A stretch of 64,000 nt of DNA, from the IMG/VR virus record IMGVR_UViG_2636415849_000003, positions 1 to 64,000 of that record; one strand, 5' to 3'. Made by a program: the position numbers and the translations under genes. This document shows positions 1-9,698 of this stretch, piece after piece. This DNA is from a virus. Taxonomy: Duplodnaviria > Caudoviricetes. The notes beneath the pieces are model-generated. The model did no database searches. It worked only from the letters and a program-made list of their open reading frames with translations, and had not been told where the DNA came from. How positions within the stretch are numbered: the first letter of the stretch is position 1; every line of letters begins with the position of its first letter.

Positions 1-906
1 TCATGCCGGAAACACGCCTGTAGAGAGGTAGCGATCACCACGGTCGCACACCACAAACACGATGGTGGCGTTCTGCTCGCGTTTGGCAATTTCCTGGGCC
101 ACCCACAGTGCCCCGGCGGCCGAGATGCCCGCGAAGATGCCCTCTTCGCGCGCCATGCGGCGGGCCATGTCTTCGGCATCGTCCTGCGTCACATAGACCA
201 GCTCGTCAACCAGCGAAGCGTCATAGATCTTGGGCAGATACTCCTCGGGCCACTTGCGGATGCCAGGAATGCGCGATCCCTCGGAAGGCTGAGCGCCGAT
301 GATCTTGATGTTCGGGTTCTTTTCCTTGAGGAACCTGGCCACGCCGGTAATGGTGCCGGTAGTACCCATGGCACTCACAAAGTGGGTGATCTCACCACCG
401 GTCTGCTCCCACAGTTCCGGCCCTGTGGTTTCATAGTGGGCCCTGGGATTGTCGGGGTTGGCAAACTGATCCAGCAGCACACCCTTGCCCTGGGCCACCA
501 TCTGGTCGGCCAGATCGCGCGCATATTCCATGCCGCCGCTCTTGGGCGTCAGAATCAGTTCGGCGCCGTAAGCCTTCATGGTCTGTGCGCGTTCGATGGA
601 CAGGTCCTCGGGCATGATCAGAATCATGCGATAGCCCTTGATGGCTGCAGCCATGGCCAAGGCAATGCCGGTGTTGCCCGACGTTGCCTCGATCAGTGCG
701 TCGCCCGGCTTGATCTCGCCGCGCTCTTCAGCACGCTGGATCATGGACAGCGCAGGCCGGTCCTTGACGGAGCCAGCCGGGTTGTTGCCTTCGAGCTTGC
801 CCAGCACTACGTTTGCACGTTCACGGTTTGCATCCGCGCCGATGCGTTGCAATGCCACCAGCGGCGTGTGACCGATAGCATGTTCGATGGTCGAATAAGT
901 TTTCAT
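1..906 (-). CDS. cysM: cysteine synthase B (O-acetylserine sulfhydrylase)
   Basis: PLP-lysine motif KLEGNNPAGSVKDR, EATSGNTG, MGTTGT and C-terminal VCDRGDRYLSTGVF. True start is ATG 906; the longer ORF-track start runs through the tRNA. Confidence 0.95.
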   Translation of the reverse strand: MKTYSTIEHAIGHTPLVALQRIGADANRERANVVLGKLEGNNPAGSVKDRPALSMIQRAEERGEIKPGDALIEATSGNTGIALAMAAAIKGYRMILIMPEDLSIERAQTMKAYGAELILTPKSGGMEYARDLADQMVAQGKGVLLDQFANPDNPRAHYETTGPELWEQTGGEITHFVSAMGTTGTITGVARFLKEKNPNIKIIGAQPSEGSRIPGIRKWPEEYLPKIYDASLVDELVYVTQDDAEDMARRMAREEGIFAGISAAGALWVAQEIAKREQNATIVFVVCDRGDRYLSTGVFPA

Positions 907-946
907 GTCCAATACTGTGCCATAATTCGCGTCTGCGCTAAGCGAA

Positions 947-1031
947 GCCCGGGTGGTGAAATTGGTAGACGCAGGGGACTCAAAATCCCCCGCCGCAAGG
1001 CGTGCCGGTTCGATTCCGGCCCCGGGCACCA
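947..1031 (+). tRNA. tRNA-Leu (anticodon CAA)
   Basis: Acceptor stem GCCCGGG/CCCGGGC, D-loop TGGTA, anticodon arm GGGGA-CTCAAAA-TCCCC, long variable arm, T-loop GGTTCGATTCC, encoded CCA end. Confidence 0.97.
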
Positions 1032-1033
1032 CA
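975..1033 (+). repeat. att core copy 1 (59-bp direct repeat, tRNA-Leu 3' portion)
   Basis: GGGACTCAAAATCC...GGGCACCACA is identical to 41722-41780. Confidence 0.95.
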
Positions 1034-1059
1034 GATGTAATGCTATAACTTTTGAAGAC

Positions 1060-1090
1060 GTTCCGGAAAGTGTTCCGGCATGTGTTCCGG
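1060..1090 (+). repeat. putative integrase arm-type sites (3 x GTTCCGG, 12-bp period)
   Basis: GTTCCGG at 1060, 1072 and 1084. The same motif lies beside the other att copy at 41630 and inverted at 41676. Confidence 0.7.
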
Positions 1091-1098
1091 TTTTTAGC

Positions 1099-1143
1099 AA
1101 AAAAGAGAGCCTGCACGATGACAAATCGCGCAGGCTTTTTTTT
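1099..1143 (+). terminator. intrinsic terminator downstream of the tRNA
   Basis: AGCCTGC...GCAGGCT stem with a T-run downstream and an A-run upstream. Confidence 0.75.
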
Positions 1144-1205
1144 GCCCTTTGGTCGGCAATCTTAAAGATGTGAGCGCCCGCCGACAGGACAGAGAAATAG
1201 AAATG

Positions 1206-1221
1206 CTGTATAAATTTACAG
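1206..1221. promoter_or_regulatory. LexA (SOS) box
   Basis: CTGT-ATAAATTT-ACAG matches CTGT-N8-ACAG and ends 1 nt before ATG 1223. Confidence 0.85.
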
Positions 1222-1222
1222 T

Positions 1223-1543
1223 ATGTGGTGCACCGTCTATCAACTGTACGAAGACGGCCAACGGCTGCCGCCTGAAATCGCGCAGGCGCACGGCGCGTAC
1301 GGATGGTTGTACATGTATTCAAAGGTGCCCGGCACCGGCATGCCCAAGAACAAAGCGTACCTACTTCCAGAACCCGGCGCTCATCCAGGTATCAAGGATG
1401 TCATCGAGCCACTGAGCTGCTGTAATCTCGTGGCCATCGACAAGGGCAGCATGAGGCTGAATGGCAGTCGCACGTACACGCAGAGTTTTATCAGGCAAGC
1501 ATGGATATGCGTCCCAGGGGAGAGAGCTGATGCGCCGCGTTGA
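1223..1543 (+). CDS. hypothetical protein, probably SOS-inducible
   Basis: 106-aa ORF directly after the LexA box; no family recognised. Confidence 0.7.
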   Translation: MWCTVYQLYEDGQRLPPEIAQAHGAYGWLYMYSKVPGTGMPKNKAYLLPEPGAHPGIKDVIEPLSCCNLVAIDKGSMRLNGSRTYTQSFIRQAWICVPGERADAPR

Positions 1544-1742
1544 TGCAAGGGAATCCATCTTGAGCCATTGGATCAGCTGGTCGCACCTGGTCAACGAGGA
1601 AGGCGCCTATCCCCGACCAGGCACGGCCATGCATCTGTTCTATGAATACCTACAGGCACGACACCCCGAAGTCTTGGACTTCGCAAGCTACTCGCCTTAC
1701 CTTGAGTTGAGACAGTGGATTGCTGAAGATTGCGAGCCATAG
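1530..1742 (+). CDS. hypothetical protein (70 aa)
   Basis: ATG 1530 overlaps the end of the previous ORF and follows a purine-rich RBS (GGGGAGAG). Confidence 0.6.
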   Translation: MRRVDARESILSHWISWSHLVNEEGAYPRPGTAMHLFYEYLQARHPEVLDFASYSPYLELRQWIAEDCEP

Positions 1743-1800
1743 TCGATCGCATTACTAGGCGTCAAACACAACGCACACCGATCTTAAAATATATATTTGA

Positions 1801-2547
1801 TTAGCTTTCTATACCAATTTTCAAGTCAAGCATTCTACAAATTTCAGAAATAATCTTCTCTTGCTTTGAAATACTGTTCAATAAATCATCCCCTCTAGGT
1901 TTTATTTTTACCTCATTGGCTTTCATATCTTTACAAAACCAGTCAGCTTTAAGTTATTCTTCTTTACCATATGCATTAATTGCAAAATTAGAAGAGTTAA
2001 TATCTTCGTCGACCAAATCAGATTTGGTCATCTGCCTTTTTATCGAAATGAGATTATCTTGAGCGGATAGCAACTCACCATACAAAGATTTTGAGTAGTC
2101 GTACGCGGCACTATAGTCAGTTACAGCGTGAGTATTCATCATCATCACACGCCTTACGAAGTGAGTAAAACTTGTTGAATAGGCATTAGGATCATCGAAG
2201 TTTTCTTTCATTTCAGAAAATAAATTTTTTGCATGCCTAATCCGGTTTAAATCATGTTTAAAAACCCGATAAGCCCTATCCCAAAATAGCTGAATATTTT
2301 TATTTTTTAGCTCTTCTTTTTCTTTATTGCTTTGCTCAATAGGAATTCTCGCAATAAATACTGCTGCAATAATTGTCATCACTGATGCAACTGCCTGAAT
2401 CCATGGTGCAAGGTCTTTGTACTTTGCATCTATCAAAAAACATCGTAGCTGATCTATTGCAAACATGGCGAGCATAATAATAGTTCCAATAGAAAGAACC
2501 AAAATAATGCTAATATCACCCACAACCAATTTCTTAATTCTCCACAT
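1801..2547 (-). pseudogene. low-GC moron membrane protein interrupted by an in-frame TAA at 1954-1956
   Basis: AGGAG RBS, ATG 2547 and two N-terminal hydrophobic helices. The frame stays open for 50 more codons after the TAA, to a TAA at 1801-1803. Confidence 0.6.
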
Positions 2548-2637
2548 ACCAACTCCTAATTTATGTATAAAAATGCAATATACAATATACTCATATAAGA
2601 AGTAACACACTAATATGCTTTACCAAAATAAATCGAC

Positions 2638-2680
2638 AAAAAAAGCCTCCCCCAGCGCCGAAGCACCAGGGGAGGCTTTC
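2638..2680 (-). terminator. terminator of the prophage 1 late (lysis) operon
   Basis: AAAGCCTCCCC...GGGGAGGCTTT stem with an A-run on the plus strand (U-run on minus). Confidence 0.7.
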
Positions 2681-2978
2681 ATTTTTCTACCGCGTTGAGC
2701 GGCCGCTTGCAGTTGGCCAGAGCCGCCCGCAGCTCGATCTCATAGCCATTCCAACGCTCAATCTCGGCGCCGGCGGCTTGGACGTACATGTCCACGTCTG
2801 CATCTGCAGGCAGGTGCTCCGTAGGCATATTGGGCCGCTCAGGCTCCGGCTCATCGCAAGGCACCGGCACAGGGACCTTGACCTGCTGAATCTCAAACCT
2901 CGTCGGCGGCGCAGCACCGCAACCAGCCAGGTTAACAGCGGCCGCCAGCGCAGCCGAGAGTAGGGATAGACGGCGCAT
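2679..2978 (-). CDS. outer-membrane spanin (Rz1-like lipoprotein)
   Basis: Signal peptide with lipobox LAGC, proline-rich, last gene of the lysis cassette. Confidence 0.8.
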   Translation of the reverse strand: MRRLSLLSAALAAAVNLAGCGAAPPTRFEIQQVKVPVPVPCDEPEPERPNMPTEHLPADADVDMYVQAAGAEIERWNGYEIELRAALANCKRPLNAVEK

Positions 2979-3373
2979 TACTGACCTCCTGCAGACTTAC
3001 GGGTCGCCAGCAGTTCAGCCACTCGGGCCTGTGCGCTTGCGCATGTATCACCAGGCACTGCGGCCGGCGTGCTCAGGATCTTGTCCGCGCGGACCTTATG
3101 GCCAGCGGCAACCGCAGCAGCTTGTGCTCGGGCCTGATCGCGCTCGCGCTTGAGTCCTTCACCAAGCAGCTGCAATGCCTCGACTGCCTTTGTGCACACG
3201 TCTGCACTCCCTCGCGCTAGCGACTCCTTATCGGCCGCATGATCGGCATCGGACCTGGCAAGGGTTGCAGCGTCACGCTGCCCCACGTACATCAAGGCCA
3301 GACCCACATTGCCCACCAAACTCAGCAGCAGCGCGAGGCCAAGCGCTGCAGCCATCTTTGCTGAGGCCGTCAT
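2978..3373 (-). CDS. inner-membrane spanin (Rz-like)
   Basis: N-terminal TM helix plus coiled coil; ATGA overlap with the endolysin stop. Confidence 0.75.
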   Translation of the reverse strand: MTASAKMAAALGLALLLSLVGNVGLALMYVGQRDAATLARSDADHAADKESLARGSADVCTKAVEALQLLGEGLKRERDQARAQAAAVAAGHKVRADKILSTPAAVPGDTCASAQARVAELLATRKSAGGQ

Positions 3374-3828
3374 ACCGACTGAATCCCCACCATGGTGGTT
3401 TTTCCGTGGACCGTGATCACACGATTGACCGCCTGCAGGGGTATGCGTGTGGACAGGTGCACCCACTGAGCGCCGCCCACGCTTTCATAGATGATTTGCC
3501 CGATGCCAAGCGCGCTGATTTGCGGTGCCAGAGCCTTGGCCACCTCAAAGGGCGTGCCGTATGCGGGGATCTTCACATCGGCTGCCATGCCCTGCACGTG
3601 GTCGCTCGATGTGACACCGCCGACAGCTGCATTGACTTGGCGATTGCGATAACCACTGGTGACGATGAGAGCCTTGCCGCCGAGAAATGTGCGCACGCGC
3701 TCCAGCATCTGGGCCGTGCGGTGCAGTTGCTGCAGGGCATCAGCAGTAGGCGTGTTGTCCAACCCGAGCTTGCGTGCGGTGCTGCTGGCCACCAGCTCGG
3801 CCAAGGTGAAATGTTCTGTCAACTTCAT
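3370..3828 (-). CDS. endolysin, peptidase M15A-type
   Basis: HFTLAEL, SGYR, SDH..GMAAD and WVHLS zinc-peptidase motifs. Confidence 0.88.
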   Translation of the reverse strand: MKLTEHFTLAELVASSTARKLGLDNTPTADALQQLHRTAQMLERVRTFLGGKALIVTSGYRNRQVNAAVGGVTSSDHVQGMAADVKIPAYGTPFEVAKALAPQISALGIGQIIYESVGGAQWVHLSTRIPLQAVNRVITVHGKTTMVGIQSV

Positions 3829-3831
3829 GAA

Positions 3832-4125
3832 TCAACCCTCCTTAAAACGGGTGCGAATGATGAGAAAAGTGAAGCCAGCGATGACGCAGACATCGGCAAG
3901 GGTTGGTGGTGTGGGCCGCAGCCATGGCGCCACCAGGGCGCCGGCACCACCCAGCGCGAGCAGCGCCCAGGCGATGGCCTTGAGCCAGGCCACCAGGCGA
4001 ACACGGGGCGCAAGCCCTGGCTTGCATGGAGCGGTGCGCTCCAGCTTGTTGAGCGCCTCAGCCACAACAACCAGGCCGCAGAGCCAGTGCAGCACGCTGA
4101 GCAAAGTGATCACGGGATAAAACAT
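3832..4125 (-). CDS. putative holin (3 TM helices)
   Basis: 97 aa with three hydrophobic segments, upstream of the endolysin. Confidence 0.6.
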   Translation of the reverse strand: MFYPVITLLSVLHWLCGLVVVAEALNKLERTAPCKPGLAPRVRLVAWLKAIAWALLALGGAGALVAPWLRPTPPTLADVCVIAGFTFLIIRTRFKEG

Positions 4126-4127
4126 GG

Positions 4128-4526
4128 TCAGCCCCCTTCCGCCTGGTCAGGCTTTGGCAGGTACTTGCCAATGAGTGCCCGCAAAAAGCTCTGCGCGCCC
4201 GCGCCCACGAGGCAGGCCATGGGCAGCAAGACGGTCTCAGGAACGATGGCCACCAGCAGCACCAGAGGCGTGAGGTAGCCCGCCGTGATGGAGCTGGCCC
4301 AGGCCACGGCCATACGGCGAAAGGCCAAGCGCACCATGTCCCGTGTTGTGTCGCTGCTTCCGGGCACGGTGTTCAGCAAGATGATTGCGATCAGGCTGCC
4401 CAGAAAGCCGGCGAGCAGCACATCAGCACGCAGGCCCAGCGGCACACCGAATGCCGTGAGCGCAGACGTGGAGACGGCCGCGCTGGCGATGGTCACAGCC
4501 GTCGTGGTCGATGCAGGTTCTGCCAT
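4128..4526 (-). CDS. putative holin/antiholin membrane protein
   Basis: GAGGGAGG RBS, MAEPAST start, several TM segments, first gene of the lysis cassette. Confidence 0.6.
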   Translation of the reverse strand: MAEPASTTTAVTIASAAVSTSALTAFGVPLGLRADVLLAGFLGSLIAIILLNTVPGSSDTTRDMVRLAFRRMAVAWASSITAGYLTPLVLLVAIVPETVLLPMACLVGAGAQSFLRALIGKYLPKPDQAEGG

Positions 4527-4593
4527 TTGTTGCCCTCCCTCGGGCAGAAAAAAGCCACCCGCAGGTGGCCAAAATAAAACCCGCCGGAGCGGG

Positions 4594-6930
4594 TCAGATG
4601 CTGACGCTGGAGCCATCGGCCAGCGCATATGTTTGTGTCGTGTGGCTTGCGCGTTGGGTCGGCATAACGCTGTCGAAGCCTGCCGGCAAGGTGATGGCTG
4701 AGCCGAAGGAGTAGCCGCCGCGATATCTGTACCCTTCGCCTGCCGCGTACTCGGGTGTGGACTCCATCTTGAAGACCACGCCCAGATACCACTTCGTGTT
4801 GGATGCCCCACCACCTCGAATCAAGGCTTCAGCATCGTCTACAAGTGCGCCAGAGCCCGCGGCATAACCTTTGTCCAGCCACATACCAAGCTGGCCGTTG
4901 CTGCTTTGCAGTACCACGGCCCAGGCATTGGGATAAGCGCTCTTCGCACCACTGGTCTTGGTGCTATCGAATGGTTCGCGGGCGGTGTTGCTGCCGCCCA
5001 GAACTAGCTGAGTTCCCTGAAAGCCGCCCGTAACGCACTGGAGCCCATAGTCACGCTTGAACTTGACCCGCTCCAGAGCCCGCACATCCGAATCAACCGC
5101 CACATGCCCAGCCGTTACCGCCAGGTTGAATGCCTGGCGGGCCGCATAGCGTCCAAGGGATACGGTGTTTCCGGCCATGAGGTCGTTCACCACCACAATC
5201 CGCAGCTTGTTGCAGGAACCGGACGATCCCTTGTTTACAGGCTTGTCATCTGCGAACACAAGATAGATGCGGTTGGTTGCGGTCTGCAGTCCATCCACCA
5301 GGTGATTACCACCTGTGAATTCGGAGCGCTCAGCTGGAGCACCAGCAACCACTGAGTCCAATATGAGCGGCGGAAGCCAATCTGTGCCGGCCGTATTCAA
5401 CTGAGTCCAGACCGCGCTTGCCAGATCAGTACCAGGGGCCCTGGAGATGGCGATGAAGTTGGGCAGCGAGTTCGCACCATTGGGACCAAAGGTGAACCGA
5501 TAGCATTCGGTAGTGCTGGCGAAGCTCACCGTCAGCACCCCGGCCGCACTGTAGTTGAATTCCACCGGAGGGCTGGCGGTCCCCTGCGCATTGCCGATGT
5601 AGCAGGATTCGTCAATGACCCAGCTGTAGCCCGCACCCGCTGAATTGTTGAGCGCGATCGGCGTGCCTGTGGTCAACAGGCTAGCGTCATAGGTGACGAA
5701 GAAGGACAAGCCATTGATGCGCGGGCTATCCACACGAATTGTCACGATGCCCGAGGGGGCTGTGAGTGTCGGGTTATCAGTCAGAGTAACCGCATCGACC
5801 CGGCCAGTTGCGCTGCTGGTGCCGTAGTTGGCCTTGTCATACTCGGCAAACAGCATGTCGTATCGAGGTGCGCCAAATGCAGTCGTGCCATTTCCATACC
5901 ACTCCAGACGGTAGAGCTTCCCGGGCCTGGCACCCACCACCTTGATATCGATCACCGCATTCATCACGTTCTGCAGATTTGCAGAAGTTGTCCCGTCACG
6001 CGCAATGTTCAGGAAAGGAAACAACTTCCCTCGATTGACATCAGCAGAGCGTGCAAGCGGTAGGCTTGCCGGGTAGCAGGCTTTATCAATGATCCAGCTG
6101 TAGCCCGCCAAAGTGCTGTTGTTCAGCGACAGGCGGTCGCCCGTGATCTTGGTGGTGTCGTAGGTGACCGAGATTGCAATTCCTGGAATACGCTTGCTTT
6201 CGATGCGTCGTGTGATGACCCCGGTCCCAGGTGACGCGGAAAAGTCGTAGTCGTTGGTGGCGAGGATATCCACCTTGGAGGCTGCACTGCCCGTTGCGTA
6301 GGTCGCCTCGTCGTACTCCGAGACATAGATCGCATAGGCATTGCTGGCACCCAGCGCCGTAGTGCCATTGCCCATCCATTCAATGCGGTAGATTTTGCCG
6401 GCGCGAGCGCCAGACAGTTGAATGTCCAGGAGCGCATCGTTTGCAACTGTGCTGACGGCAGATGTTGCCCCATCACGAATGGCCGAGCGTAACGGGAACG
6501 ACTTGCCAGAATTGACAGATAGCGCATCAATGCTGCCAGCAGGGAATGTCGTCAGCAGCGTGCTTGTCGCAGAGTTGACCCGGCGGAACACGCTAGCCGA
6601 GATATTGCCGGCACCCAGCACTTTGAAGGTTGCTCCGTCTGCAACGGCCGCACGGCCTTCTGCCTCCGTTGCGTACAACGGACCCGCTGCACCAATGGCG
6701 GCATCACGTGCCAGAACTGAAGCATCACGAGCCGACTCCGATTCATCCCGAGCCGCAATCGCATCAGGTACGGCCTCCTCCACGCCCTTCATAGAGACAC
6801 GAGTGCGGCCAAAGCGGTCCACCCAAGTCTTGCCCTCGCCGTTTACCGCGTCATCGGTGTTCTGCGCGTTGTCAAACAGATCGCGAGGATCTGGGCTTCC
6901 CAGCGGGTTACCTGTGTCGAATGTCGTCAT
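4594..6930 (-). CDS. tail fibre/tailspike receptor-binding protein
   Basis: N-terminal anchor TGNPLGSPDPRDLFDNAQN..D...WVDRFG typical of siphovirus tailspikes; follows the J-like gene; internal tandem domain duplication. Confidence 0.8.
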   Translation of the reverse strand: MTTFDTGNPLGSPDPRDLFDNAQNTDDAVNGEGKTWVDRFGRTRVSMKGVEEAVPDAIAARDESESARDASVLARDAAIGAAGPLYATEAEGRAAVADGATFKVLGAGNISASVFRRVNSATSTLLTTFPAGSIDALSVNSGKSFPLRSAIRDGATSAVSTVANDALLDIQLSGARAGKIYRIEWMGNGTTALGASNAYAIYVSEYDEATYATGSAASKVDILATNDYDFSASPGTGVITRRIESKRIPGIAISVTYDTTKITGDRLSLNNSTLAGYSWIIDKACYPASLPLARSADVNRGKLFPFLNIARDGTTSANLQNVMNAVIDIKVVGARPGKLYRLEWYGNGTTAFGAPRYDMLFAEYDKANYGTSSATGRVDAVTLTDNPTLTAPSGIVTIRVDSPRINGLSFFVTYDASLLTTGTPIALNNSAGAGYSWVIDESCYIGNAQGTASPPVEFNYSAAGVLTVSFASTTECYRFTFGPNGANSLPNFIAISRAPGTDLASAVWTQLNTAGTDWLPPLILDSVVAGAPAERSEFTGGNHLVDGLQTATNRIYLVFADDKPVNKGSSGSCNKLRIVVVNDLMAGNTVSLGRYAARQAFNLAVTAGHVAVDSDVRALERVKFKRDYGLQCVTGGFQGTQLVLGGSNTAREPFDSTKTSGAKSAYPNAWAVVLQSSNGQLGMWLDKGYAAGSGALVDDAEALIRGGGASNTKWYLGVVFKMESTPEYAAGEGYRYRGGYSFGSAITLPAGFDSVMPTQRASHTTQTYALADGSSVSI

Positions 6931-7013
6931 GTGCCCTCACACAAAACAAAAAGCCCGCTGGGCGAACCATGCGGGCGGGTGTTGAAGATCTCTGTGGCCG
7001 GGTGGCCGGCTAC

Positions 7014-9698
7014 TCAAAGTGGCGGTGGCGAGTTGTTGTCGTCATCGAAGATGCGCGCGTCGTAGTTGACGCACTGCACACTGGCTCCATCGGTGCCGCT
7101 GGGGCTGACCTTCTTGACGATGGCCGGGAAGCTCCAGCGGGTGACTGGCCCGAAATACACATGGGGCGGCTCTGGCAGCTTGATCTGCGGCCACTCCCCG
7201 ACCGGGATCGGGGCCAGCACTTCATAGGCGCTGGCTCCTTGAGCTGCTGGCCATGGACCGGCCAGCGTGCCGTCTGGTCTGCGGAACGCCACGACATGCG
7301 GATCTGCGCCATCCCAGCGCAGCGGCTCTGTAACCTCCAGCCGGGCCTGTCCGCCGGCATTGCTAATGCCAGTGAGCAGGGCCGACTGGCCGAAGCCGGG
7401 GATGTCATCCACCAGGCTCACAAAGTCGCCATAGCTGTTGTTCAGCGCATCCAGCTCCGTGGTGAAGCTGTACGTCCAGCGCTCATACCGCTGCTGCCGG
7501 GCGCGGCGCATGCCGATGCGCCAGGCGCGCGTGCGATCTGTAACCCCCAGCACCTTGAGCTTTTCCAGCTTGATACCCAGCGAGCCAGGCAGCACACAGT
7601 TCACCGTCTTGGTGTTCCAGTTGTCGCCGGCGTCGCTGAACTCCACCTCCACGCCATCGTTGTCGTCAGGCCGAATGCCGCTGAATGACCGAGCAATGCC
7701 CTCGGTGGTGTTCTGCGCGCTGTAGGCGTGGCCGTCTTCGACCGTGCGCACACCAGCGCGCACAGGGCGCAGCAGGCCGTCATCAATCGTCAGCTCGGCC
7801 ATGCCGGCGGCCAGCACCGCCTGCAGGGCAGCGAGCACCGTGGTTTCGTCAAACACATGGTCAGCCGTTTCACCGCGCGCCGTCCAGATGCCATGCAGGC
7901 GCTGCAGCTCGGCCATGTCGATGCTGTCCAGGCCGTAGCCCACCGTGCTGCAGATGTGCCGCAGAGCGGCCGAGATATCCCGCGTGGGCTGGGGCGCGCT
8001 CCAGGAGCCATCCCCCTGCAGCACGGGCAGCATGCGCGTGGCAACCAGGTTGAGCTGGTTCTCTGACCTGGCAGCGATCTGCCCAAGGCCCCGCACCCGC
8101 ACGCTCAGCGTGGTCCAGTCCGGGTAGCTGGTGCGCGTGGGCAGCCGGGTACGCATGGCATACCACTGCACCTCATCGTGCACCTGCGTGCTGGTGCTCT
8201 TGGCACCCCGACGCCGCACACGCACCTGCGGCCGCATGGCATAGGGCAAGGCGATGCGCTCCGTGAAACCGATCTGGTCCATGGTGGCATCGGTGTACCA
8301 CTTGACCACGCTCTGCCAGGCGCCGCCGGCGGCGTAGTCACGGTACTGGATCTCCACCCCCACGGATCTGCCCTGCACCTCCCCCTTGTCGGAGACATAG
8401 CAGAGGCCCTGGCTGAAGAAGATGTCCACCTCCAGCGTGCTGGAGACCTCAGCGGCCGGGCAGCTTACAAAGGGGCCAGCCTGCTCACCGTAGACGGTGT
8501 CGGCCTGCACGGTAAAGCTTGCCTTTGCTGCCGGCACCGTGCGCGGCGCAAAGCCCGCCCAGCTGCCGCCTTCGCTGGGTGCAAGCGTCAGCACCTGGCC
8601 GGCCACCGACGCAGCCGTATAGGTACGCCCGGCCCGGCACACGGCTAGCGATATGACCGCATCGGGCAAGCCGCTGATTAGCCTATAGGTGAAGCCCCCG
8701 TCACCGTCGCTGACAGGCTCAGCCAGGGTGATCATGTTGCCGGCCACGGATTCCACCCGCAGCGAGCCAGTGAGCGCACCCGAAGCCGTGAGCAGCATCC
8801 ACAGCGATGGCGCAATCTCGCGCCAGTCGGCAGTGAAGGTGTTGTAGGAACCTCCCTCCTCGCCCGTCATCAGCACCGTGGCGACCGTCACGTCCTGCTC
8901 AAACATCAGCGACATGGCGGTGCCAGAACCCCAGGCATTGGGCCAATCCACATCGGCCGTGATCTGCGCGCCATTGAGCGCATAGCTGCCAGCCGTAGGA
9001 TTGACGTTGCCCGAATCAATGGCGCTCAGCTCAAGCCCCGCCGTGCCGGCGCTGGTGCCGCCCACCTCCGGGCAGCTGTACCAGTTTTCATGCTGGGTGA
9101 TGCCGCCGATATCGGCGCCAGGACCGTGCACCGTGAACTCAGCCCCCTCCAGAGTGCTCAGCGGCGTATTGCCGATCTTGACCGTGGCCGGGTCGATCTG
9201 ATATTGACCGGGGCCGACACAGAGCAGCATCTCCAGCCATTGCTCGCGCGGCGTGCTGAAGTAGCGGCGCGGCGGGGTCAGATAGTCGGGATAACGGATG
9301 AACTGGCCCAGCAGCTCAGGCACTACGCCGTTGAGCTTTGCCGTGTTGGCCTTGCCCTCGGCCGAGCTCAGCTGCTTGCCCTGCGGCGTGTCGTAGCGCT
9401 GGTTGCTGGTCGATGGGAGCAGCCAGCCAAAGAAGAAGTTGAAGATGCTGCCCACCAGCTTGAAGACGCCGCCGTGAGGGATGGGGCGGATATCAACCTG
9501 GTCTTCATTGCTGATCACCGTCTCGGCCCAGGCCTCCATTGGCAGCAGCACGCCATTGAGGTGCAGCGTGATGGGCTGGATATCGCGCGCCGCATAGTCA
9601 ATGCCGACCGCCGCAAACCAGCCCGCAATCGTGCCCGCCCATGGGTGCGACTCCACAGGCCGGCTCGGCATCTGACCGGGGTAAATCTTGATCGTCAT
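7014..9698 (-). CDS. tail tip / host-specificity protein (gpI-J-like)
   Basis: 894 aa with a ubiquitin-like N-terminus, the VPELLG..IRYPDYL motif and C-terminal CVNYDARIF; tail-tip position. Confidence 0.85.
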   Translation of the reverse strand: MTIKIYPGQMPSRPVESHPWAGTIAGWFAAVGIDYAARDIQPITLHLNGVLLPMEAWAETVISNEDQVDIRPIPHGGVFKLVGSIFNFFFGWLLPSTSNQRYDTPQGKQLSSAEGKANTAKLNGVVPELLGQFIRYPDYLTPPRRYFSTPREQWLEMLLCVGPGQYQIDPATVKIGNTPLSTLEGAEFTVHGPGADIGGITQHENWYSCPEVGGTSAGTAGLELSAIDSGNVNPTAGSYALNGAQITADVDWPNAWGSGTAMSLMFEQDVTVATVLMTGEEGGSYNTFTADWREIAPSLWMLLTASGALTGSLRVESVAGNMITLAEPVSDGDGGFTYRLISGLPDAVISLAVCRAGRTYTAASVAGQVLTLAPSEGGSWAGFAPRTVPAAKASFTVQADTVYGEQAGPFVSCPAAEVSSTLEVDIFFSQGLCYVSDKGEVQGRSVGVEIQYRDYAAGGAWQSVVKWYTDATMDQIGFTERIALPYAMRPQVRVRRRGAKSTSTQVHDEVQWYAMRTRLPTRTSYPDWTTLSVRVRGLGQIAARSENQLNLVATRMLPVLQGDGSWSAPQPTRDISAALRHICSTVGYGLDSIDMAELQRLHGIWTARGETADHVFDETTVLAALQAVLAAGMAELTIDDGLLRPVRAGVRTVEDGHAYSAQNTTEGIARSFSGIRPDDNDGVEVEFSDAGDNWNTKTVNCVLPGSLGIKLEKLKVLGVTDRTRAWRIGMRRARQQRYERWTYSFTTELDALNNSYGDFVSLVDDIPGFGQSALLTGISNAGGQARLEVTEPLRWDGADPHVVAFRRPDGTLAGPWPAAQGASAYEVLAPIPVGEWPQIKLPEPPHVYFGPVTRWSFPAIVKKVSPSGTDGASVQCVNYDARIFDDDNNSPPPL

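Noticed and set aside
907-1116. N-terminal extension of CysM in the ORF track (371 aa)
   Set aside because: It is the antisense reading of the tRNA and att region; CysM homology starts at ATG 906.
4594-9698. Tail fibre or J gene as a remote DGR target
   Set aside because: No TR-like sequence was seen by eye at their 3' ends or in the prophage 2 fibres. A BLASTN of the TR against the whole genome would settle it.
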